From Octopus vulgaris (taxonomy: Eukaryota), in the NCBI GenBank assembly GCA_951406725.2, contig OX597830.1:32798001-32862000 (forward strand): 64,000 nt of DNA, in the 5' to 3' direction. The translations under genes were made by a program, and so were the position numbers. Shown piece after piece: positions 56,170-64,000 of the stretch. Under the pieces are notes generated by a model. That model ran no database searches and was not told the DNA's origin. It saw nothing but the letters and a program-made list of their open reading frames with translations. The number at the start of each line of letters is the position of its first letter. The stretch's first letter is position 1.

Positions 56170-56850
56170 TGCAAAGTTGATGAGGACGACGATGATGATG
56201 ATGGTGGTGGATAATGATGATGAGGATGATGGTGGGGATAATGATGATGAGGATGATGGTGGTGATGATGAAGAAGACAACAGCGATGATAATGATGGTG
56301 ATGATGTTGATGGTAACGATGATGGTGACAATGACAATCATGATGTTGACGACGTCAATAATGATGATGATGGTGAGGACGATGATGATGATGGCGGTGG
56401 TGATGATGAAGAAGACAACAACGATGATAATGATGGTGATGATGTTGATGATAATGATGGTGACGATGACGATGAAGATGATGACGACGACAATAATGAT
56501 GATGATGGTGAGGACGATGATGATGATGGCAGTGGTGATGATGGTGACAATGATAATAACAATGACGACGACGATGATGATGATGATGGTGAGGACGATG
56601 ATGTCAACGACAATGATGATGATGATGGTGCTGATGATGATGATGGTGGTGGTGGTGGTGGTGATGGTGGTGGTGATGGTAGTGGTGCTGCTGCTGCTGC
56701 TGCTGGTAATATCAGTAGGGATGATGATGAAAATGATGACAACTGTGATGATGATGTTGGTGGTAGTGATGATGATGATGATGACAACGACGATGATGAT
56801 AATGATGATGATGATGATGATTTTTATAATGGGTGGTGATGGTGATGATG
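56170..56850. repeat. (GAT/GGT/GAC)n tract with a 138-bp internal duplication
   Basis: GTGATGATGAAGAAGACAAC recurs at 56262 and 56400. Confidence 0.9.
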
Positions 56851-56917
56851 GTAACGAAGACAAATGCCTATTGATTTTTGAAAATGTTATCCATGATTTT
56901 TCATTTCTAGAAGAATA

Positions 56918-58540
56918 ACACACACACACACACGCACACACACACACACACGCACAGACACACACACACAGACACACACACACACACACACACACACACA
57001 AGCAATACCAAAGAGAATCAAGATGAAATGAAGAATTCTCAACACATAAACAAACATTAAAAACATATCAACATACCCCACCCACCACTTACATACACAC
57101 ACACACGTGCGCACACATACACATACACACATGTATACAGGCAAGCACACTCACATACATATACACATATACACACGCTTACAGATGCTTGCACACATAT
57201 GTGCATAGAGGCACAAACATTCATACACGTATCTATTCATTAGCCAAGTACACACACACACACATGCATGCACACATGCACACACATCATACTGACACAC
57301 ACACACATGCATACACACATGCACACACATCATACTGACTCACACAGACACACACATACACATATTGACAATTGCATATATATATACACATTCATATATG
57401 CATGCACACACATATTTAGGTACAAACATACACGCAGACATTCAATCATCAACAAGTACACACACACACACACACACATGCATACACATTTACACACAGA
57501 CATATACAAATGTGCACACATGTATATAGACACACATATGTGGGCACACACATACACACATTTATTTACTAGCTCACACACACACATCCCGACATTTGCA
57601 CACACATATGCCAGCATATGCACACACACACACACACGCATATATGCATATTTGTATGCACTCTCATATACAAGCACAAACATACACGCACACATTCATT
57701 CATAAAAAATACACACACACATATGTGCACATATATATAGACACACATATATGCGTATATACACAAACATTAATTCACAAGCACATACACACATAGGTAG
57801 ACACACACACTCGTGCACATACAAACACACACATATGCATATATTCATGTATATATTCATGCACATACACACATTCACATGTATACACACACAAGCATAC
57901 ACTCATGCACCTGTACACACACATGCATATACACACACACACTTACACACACATACTCATGCATACACACTCACATACACACATACACACACATACATAG
58001 ACACATATACACACTCACATACACATGTTCATGTATACACACACACATATACACACATGCACACACATACATAGATGCACATACACACATACATAGATGC
58101 ACATATACACACACTCACACACATGCTTATGTATACACACAAACATACACATACATAGATGCACATGCACACACATACACACATGCATAGATGCACATAC
58201 ATACTCACAAACGTGCACATATACACACACATTCACATACATGGATGCACATACATGCACACGCACTCATGCATACACACACACATGCACAAACATACTC
58301 ATACATAGACACACATGTGCATGCACACACACACACACAAACATACACATACATAGATGCACATGCACACACATACATAGATGCACATACACACTCACAA
58401 ACGTGTACATATACACACACATTTACATACATAGACGCACACACACACGCACACGTAATCATGCATATGCACACACACATGCACACACATACTCATACAT
58501 AGACGCACATGTGCATGCACACACACACACACACACACAT
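56918..58540. repeat. Degenerate (CA)/(CATA) tract with local higher-order duplications
   Basis: Alternating purine-pyrimidine sequence. ACAAACATACACATACATAGATGCACATGCAC recurs near 58139 and 58336. Confidence 0.9.
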
Positions 58541-58769
58541 CGACCAAAAACAAAACAAACCAATGCAAAAAACAAACAATCAAGCTATCATAAAAAAAAA
58601 CAAAGAAGTAAAAATATCAAAATCAAAAAAAAAATGCATCTCGCCTTCTTGAGAGTTCAGTTCTGGGCTGGTTCCAAATTAAAAGACACTGGGGGGTGGG
58701 GTGGAGAAGGAGAGAGATAGACAGAGAGAGAGAGAGAGAGAAAGAGAGAGATGGTGGAAAGAGCGAGAG

Positions 58770-59420
58770 GTGATTGGTGGTGGTGGTGGTGGTGGTGGTG
58801 TAGGTGAGGGGGTATTGATTGTCTAATATTGTAATTTTAATTAAAATGAAGCATCTTTAGAATGAGTTTGAGTCGGATGTGAGGGGTGAGTGGGTGGGTG
58901 GTCGGGAGGGGGTGAGGGGGTGCGGCGGGGGTGGGTGGGGTTGTAAGAAGGTGGGAGTGGAACTGCTAATGATTTCCAGAAAAATGTAGTGTTGGTTATA
59001 GCAGCAACAGTGGTGTTTAGTGGTGGTGGTGGTGGTGGTGGTGGTGAGGTTAGTGTTGATAGCTGTGGTGTTGGTAGTGATGGTGGTGGTAGTGGTGGTG
59101 GTGGCTGTGATGCTGGTGGTTGTGATGGTGGTGGTTGTGTTAGTAGTTGTGGTTGTGATGGTAGTGTGTTGGAGAGGTTAATGTAGTGATGATAGAAGTA
59201 ATGGTATGGTGCAGGTGGTTGTGGTGGTGGTAGTGATGGTGGTGGTACTGGTGTTGGTGGTGGTGGTGGTTGTGGTAGTGATTGTGTTGGTGCTGGTGAT
59301 TGTGATAGTGGTGGGTCGGAGAGGTTGGTATAGTGATGGTAGAAGTAATGGAATGGTGCTGGTAGTTATGATGATGGTGGTGGTGATGGTGGTGGTTGTA
59401 GTGGTTGTAGTGGTACATAG
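58770..59420. repeat. G-rich / (GGT)n low-complexity region
   Basis: Seen directly. A G-run cluster lies at 58880-58960. Confidence 0.85.
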
Positions 59421-59759
59421 TGGTGCACGTCTACCTCTACTACATTGTGGTAGAGATAGTCATGTTGGCAGAGATTTTGGCTTACAGAGATTTTGGTATT
59501 GCAGTGATGTAGTGGTGGTGATAGAGGCGGTAATATGGTTGTTGTTGTTGTTATTAGTTAGTTAGTGCCAAATCAGCTTTTGTCCAGTAGACCTACAATG
59601 GAAGTTAATCCAGCAGTCTCTATATTGCCTTTAATTCAGGCATAATATATCTAGGACTATATCATCTAATGTGTTTTACTTTCTAAAGATGGTAAGGTAT
59701 GATTTAAGAAAAATTTGGCTGTTATTTCAAGCAAATCAAGAGGCCATGTAGGGCCCTAA

Positions 59760-60378
59760 CTTTAGCTCAGTAGAACCTTATTTAGCAACTCAGCAGAGCC
59801 TCACTCATTGACTGAGAAAAATTTTTTTTCTATTGAGTCAGTTGACCCTAACTTGTTTTCTTATTTATTCAGTAGATTTTCTCTTATTTGCTCAGTAATG
59901 CCACCCTTGTTGACCCAGTTAAAGATTTTCTTGTTAGCTCAGTAAAGCCATATCTACTGGCTCAGTAAAATCTCCCTTGTTGTCTCAGTAGGGCCTCTTC
60001 CATTAGTTCTCAGTAGGGCTTCCTTATTAAACTGCTGACTCAGTAGAACCAACAAGTGATCCCCTCACTGGCTCAGTAGAGCCTACCTTGCCAGCTCAAA
60101 AGAGCTTCTTACATTGGTTCAGTAGAACCTCTCTCTCTGAGTTAGAAAACCCTATCTTATTGACTCAGTAGAGCATCCCTTATTGGTCAGTAGAGTATCT
60201 CTCATTGGCTCAGTAAAGCCATGTTCATTGACTCATCAAAGCTTCACTTGTATCAGTAGAATCTAAATTATTGGCTCAGTAGAACACTCCTCAGATGACC
60301 AATAGTGTATTCCTTATTGGCTCACTAAAACCTCCTTCACTGACTCAAGAAAGCCTCCATTGGCTCAGTACAACCAAT
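59760..60378. repeat. Degenerate ~23-bp tandem array (about 25 units)
   Basis: The consensus is approximately CATTGGCTCAGTAGAGCCTCCCT, and CTCAGTA recurs at ~23-bp spacing. Confidence 0.85.
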
Positions 60379-60799
60379 CATGTTGTTTGCTTCTCCTTTA
60401 AGAGAATAGGCTGTGATCTGAGGAACATTTGGTTGCTATTTTTAACAAGTTAAATAACCACATAGAGTCTCAATTACATTACTGGCCATAGTGATGGTAA
60501 TGATGAGAGTAATATTTCTAAAGCTTTTTGTGGTGCTCACTGCAGTATCACTAATGTTTGTTTTTTTACAATGTTTTTACTAATATTATTAATAATTTTG
60601 AGACAAATGTTTTCCTTAACTTGTACGAACATAAAAGTTGACATTATTACTAGCAATGGTTTAAAAGAATTATTAGAGCAGTTGACAAATGCTTTAATAT
60701 TAATTCTGATTTTTTGTTTTAGTTGGGGGTCTCTGAGTTCAAATCCAGCCAATATTAGCTTTGTCTTTTCATTGTTCTGGCGTAGATAAAATAAAATAT

Positions 60800-61035
60800 T
60801 TATTTCTTTATTGCCCACAGGGAGCGAAACCTAGAGGGGACAAACAAGGACAGACAATGGGATTAAGTAAGATCACATCAACCCTCAATGCGTAACTGGT
60901 ACTTATTTAATCGACCACCCCTAAAGACTGAAAGGCAAAGATGACCTCGGTGGAATTTGAACTCAGAATGTAACAGAAGTCGAAATACCACCAAGCATTT
61001 CACCTGGTGTGCTAACGATTCTGCCAGCACACCAC
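60800..61035 (-). mobile_element. SINE family B, near full length
   Basis: Reverse complement of the 851-1075 segment. Confidence 0.85.
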
Positions 61036-61806
61036 CTGATAAAATAAAATATCAATTAAGCACTGGAGTTCTTTTCATTGACTAACATTTCTTCCTCCCT
61101 TAAGTTTCTTCCTTTGTACTATTATGAAGAATTATTATTCCTTATTCTTAAAAAGTCATACATACATACACACATACATCTACATACATATACAACAATC
61201 TCTTGCCATTTCATGGTTCACCTATTGCAGTATATTATTTAAGCTTACATCAATTCATCCATGGTGTTGTTTTGCATTTATGATCAAATATACAGATACA
61301 AGTTATAAAAATGATTTTTAAAAACATATACAGCACAATACTGTTTCTTCTTTGTGGATTTTCACCTGTCGTTGGGGAGGAATTTGGAATGTAACATCCA
61401 TGATAGTTGAGGGATTACTGAATATGCAGAAGCATTGACTTTTTACAACTTAAATTTTTGTATATTTATTAACAGATTTTTATGGGAAGAAAAGAAAGAA
61501 AAATATTGAGGAACCCCCCCTACTCCAGAACTACCACAACAAGGAAATAAGGAAAAAGCAAAAAAAAAAAAAATTTTTTTACTACAGATGCAGAGACACG
61601 AATTTGAAACTCTGCTGGTCAATAGTATTTTGGATAAAAGATTATCAACTGCAAAAATCAAGGTTTCACAAGGTGAGACAGGTAGATGAGACAAAGGTAG
61701 GAGTGCAACACCCTACACACCACTGCAGGCAACTTCATTATATGTATACACACACACACACATGCATGCACACACACACATGCATGCACACACACACACA
61801 CATTAT

Positions 61807-62290
61807 AGGCACAGGTGTGGATGTGTGTTAAGAAGCTTTCTTCCCAACCACCTGGCACTGGGTTCAGTCCCACTGTGTGGCACCTTGGACAGATGCCCTC
61901 TACTATAGCCTCTTACCAACAAAAGCCCTGTGAGTGGTTTTAATAGATGGAACATGAAAGAAACCCATTTTTACACACACACACACACACACAGATCACA
62001 CACACATATCATCATCCTCATCATCATCGTTTAACGTCCACTTTTCATGCTGGCATGAGTTGGACGGTTTGACTGAGGACTGCCAGCCCAATAAGCTGCA
62101 CCAGGCTCCAATCTGACCTGTCAAGGTTTCTACAGATGAACTCCTATCCTAATGCCAACAAATCTGAGAGCTAATTGGTGCTTTTTATGTGGCACGAGCA
62201 CAGTTTCCAGTCAGACAGCACTGGCATCCACCACACTCGAATGGTGCTTTTTATGTGCCACCAGCATGGGAGCCAGTCAGGTGGAACAAG
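61807..62290. mobile_element. SINE A 5' part (61807-61990, +) followed by SINE C (62008-62290, -)
   Basis: Family-diagnostic motifs are present in both. Confidence 0.8.
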
Positions 62291-62350
62291 CAACAAGAGG
62301 ATGTGCACATGGAATGTATTAGTTCGACAACTCAGTAAAAAAGGAGAGAA

Positions 62351-62387
62351 ATTATGACGTTTCAAGCTTAGCTTTTCATCAGAAAGG
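62351..62387 (-). ncRNA. Minimal hammerhead ribozyme-like motif in a Penelope-like pLTR remnant
   Basis: CCTTT-CTGATGA-A-AAGC-TAA-GCTT-GAAA-CG-TC-ATAAT has an intact core, a 4-bp stem II and a GUC cleavage triplet. Stem I is weak in this copy. Confidence 0.6.
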
Positions 62388-62461
62388 AAAACAAAAATAG
62401 TTCAAAGAAGGTAAAAAAATTACACCAACAGCATGCGTGTAATTATATTGCAAATATGTTC

Positions 62462-62853
62462 TTTACATGTTCCAGTCATTTGACTGCAGTCATGCTGGAG
62501 CACTGCCTTTAGTTGAGCAAATCGACCCCAGGACTTATTCTTTGGAAGACTAGTACTTATTCTATCGGTCTCTTTTGCCAAACTGCTAAGTTATGAGGAC
62601 GTAAACACACCACCATTTGTTGTCAAGCGATGTTGGGGGGACAAACACAGACACACACATATATATATATATATATATACACATATATACGACAGGCTTC
62701 TTTCAGTTTCTGGCTACCAAATCGACTTACAAGGCTTAGGTTGGCCCGAGGCTATAGAAGCAGACACTTGCCCAAAGTGTCACACAGTGGGAATGAACCC
62801 GGAACCTTGTGGTTCGTAAGCAAGCTACTTACCACACAGCCACTCCTATGCCT
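62462..62853 (-). mobile_element. SINE family A, full length
   Basis: Complete reverse-complement copy. Confidence 0.9.
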
Positions 62854-63010
62854 ATACTTATGCATGTGTGTATGTGTGTATGTATGTATATCTTTCTTTG
62901 TGTCTGTGTTTGTCCCACACCACTGCTTGACAACTGGTGAGGGTGCGTTTATGTCCCTGTAACATAGCAGTACAGCAAAACGAGACACTTACAACAAGTT
63001 CCAGGCTTAA

Positions 63011-63232
63011 CACTTTCATTACCAACCCGGCCAAAACCGGCTCTGGCTCTGTTGTATTAATGTCTTTGTTTTCATAGGTTTTTCATTAAAATCTTCCACC
63101 AAACCTTAGTTGCAATTTATGTTCCTAACACTAGCTTAATGATAACTAAGTTATTTTACTAAATTCCTTATTATATTTAAAATAATTGAAAGAAACACAG
63201 AGCATCTCAAAATAAATACAGTAACGAAAAGG
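63011..63232. mobile_element. piggyBac-type MITE inserted in a SINE A 3' part (62855-63340, +)
   Basis: TTAA flanks both sides (63007-63010, 63233-63236). The imperfect TIRs are CACTTTCATTAC / GTAACGAAAAGG, and SINE A sequence continues on both sides. Confidence 0.8.
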
Positions 63233-64000
63233 TTAAAGAAAAGAGAATCAATACCGAGGTCAATTCATTCGACTAGAAATTCTTCAAGGTGGTGCCCCAG
63301 CATGGCCACAGACTAATGACTGAAGCAAGTAAAAGAAACTACTCGCATTGTACCAAAATTCGAAACCAATCACTATCATTATGATAACTAAGAGTTCTTC
63401 TCTAAGACTGATCAATGTTCCATTTTACAGTTAGTAGTTCTTAATTCTCTTAATAAATGACACCTCTCCCCAACTCTACATGCTTCCAGGCCATGACTGG
63501 CATACTTTATAATGGTACTCAATAGTGTCTGGTAAGAATTCTTGAGATGTGAAAGATTTTCATTCTTGTAGATTTTATTGGTTTTTTTTGTTGTTGCTCT
63601 GGTTCTTGGTACACATACACAGATCTATGCATCTGTATATGTATGTATATTTATATGTATACATATATGTATATACAAATGCATATACACACACATATAT
63701 ATAAACATATATATATATATAATATTATGTGAGGGGTATGTGTGTGTGTGTGTGTGTGCCTTCTGCTATTTTAGCTGTTGTTTCTTTTCAGACACACCAT
63801 TAAAATGTGTGTGGTTTTAAATACAAATCAGAGCACACTAATAAAGATTATGATGATGGTAACAACAACAACAAGAACAACAAGAACAACAACGACAACA
63901 ACAACAATAACATCATCATCATCATCATCATTGTTATTATTATCATTATCATCATCATCATTGTCCTTATCAAAGAAATCTTTCTTGATACCATAATCAA

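Noticed and set aside
59760-60378. CRISPR-like appearance (palindromic repeat with variable intervals)
   Set aside because: The period is only ~23 bp, the intervals are mutually related rather than unique spacers, there are no cas genes, and the context is eukaryotic.

Overview
AT-rich, microsatellite-saturated eukaryotic (animal) DNA. I found no supportable host protein-coding gene, so this is probably a large intron or intergenic region. Almost every ORF in the supplied track is a translation artefact of (TA)n, (CA)n, (GATA)n, (CAT)n or (AAT)n tracts, or of SINE bodies. The SINE families look like those I recall from octopus genomes; this is an inference and was not checked by a search. The window holds dozens of copies of about five SINE families (my labels A-E) and fossils of RTE, HERO-like and CRE-like non-LTR retrotransposons. 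It also holds a mariner split by a SINE, Helitron remnants, piggyBac-type and foldback MITEs, and Penelope-like elements carrying minimal hammerhead-ribozyme motifs. The most notable observations are: a U6 snRNA 3' end fused to the 5' end of a full-length SINE; an inverted Penelope-like insertion with a hammerhead and a target-site duplication; a 276-bp hairpin whose apex carries two head-to-head hammerhead-like motifs; further inverted duplications between 44 and 52 kb; a SINE/microsatellite junction copied 33 kb away; and two repeat-derived minisatellite arrays. All coordinates and alignments were done by eye, and the ends of degenerate elements are approximate.
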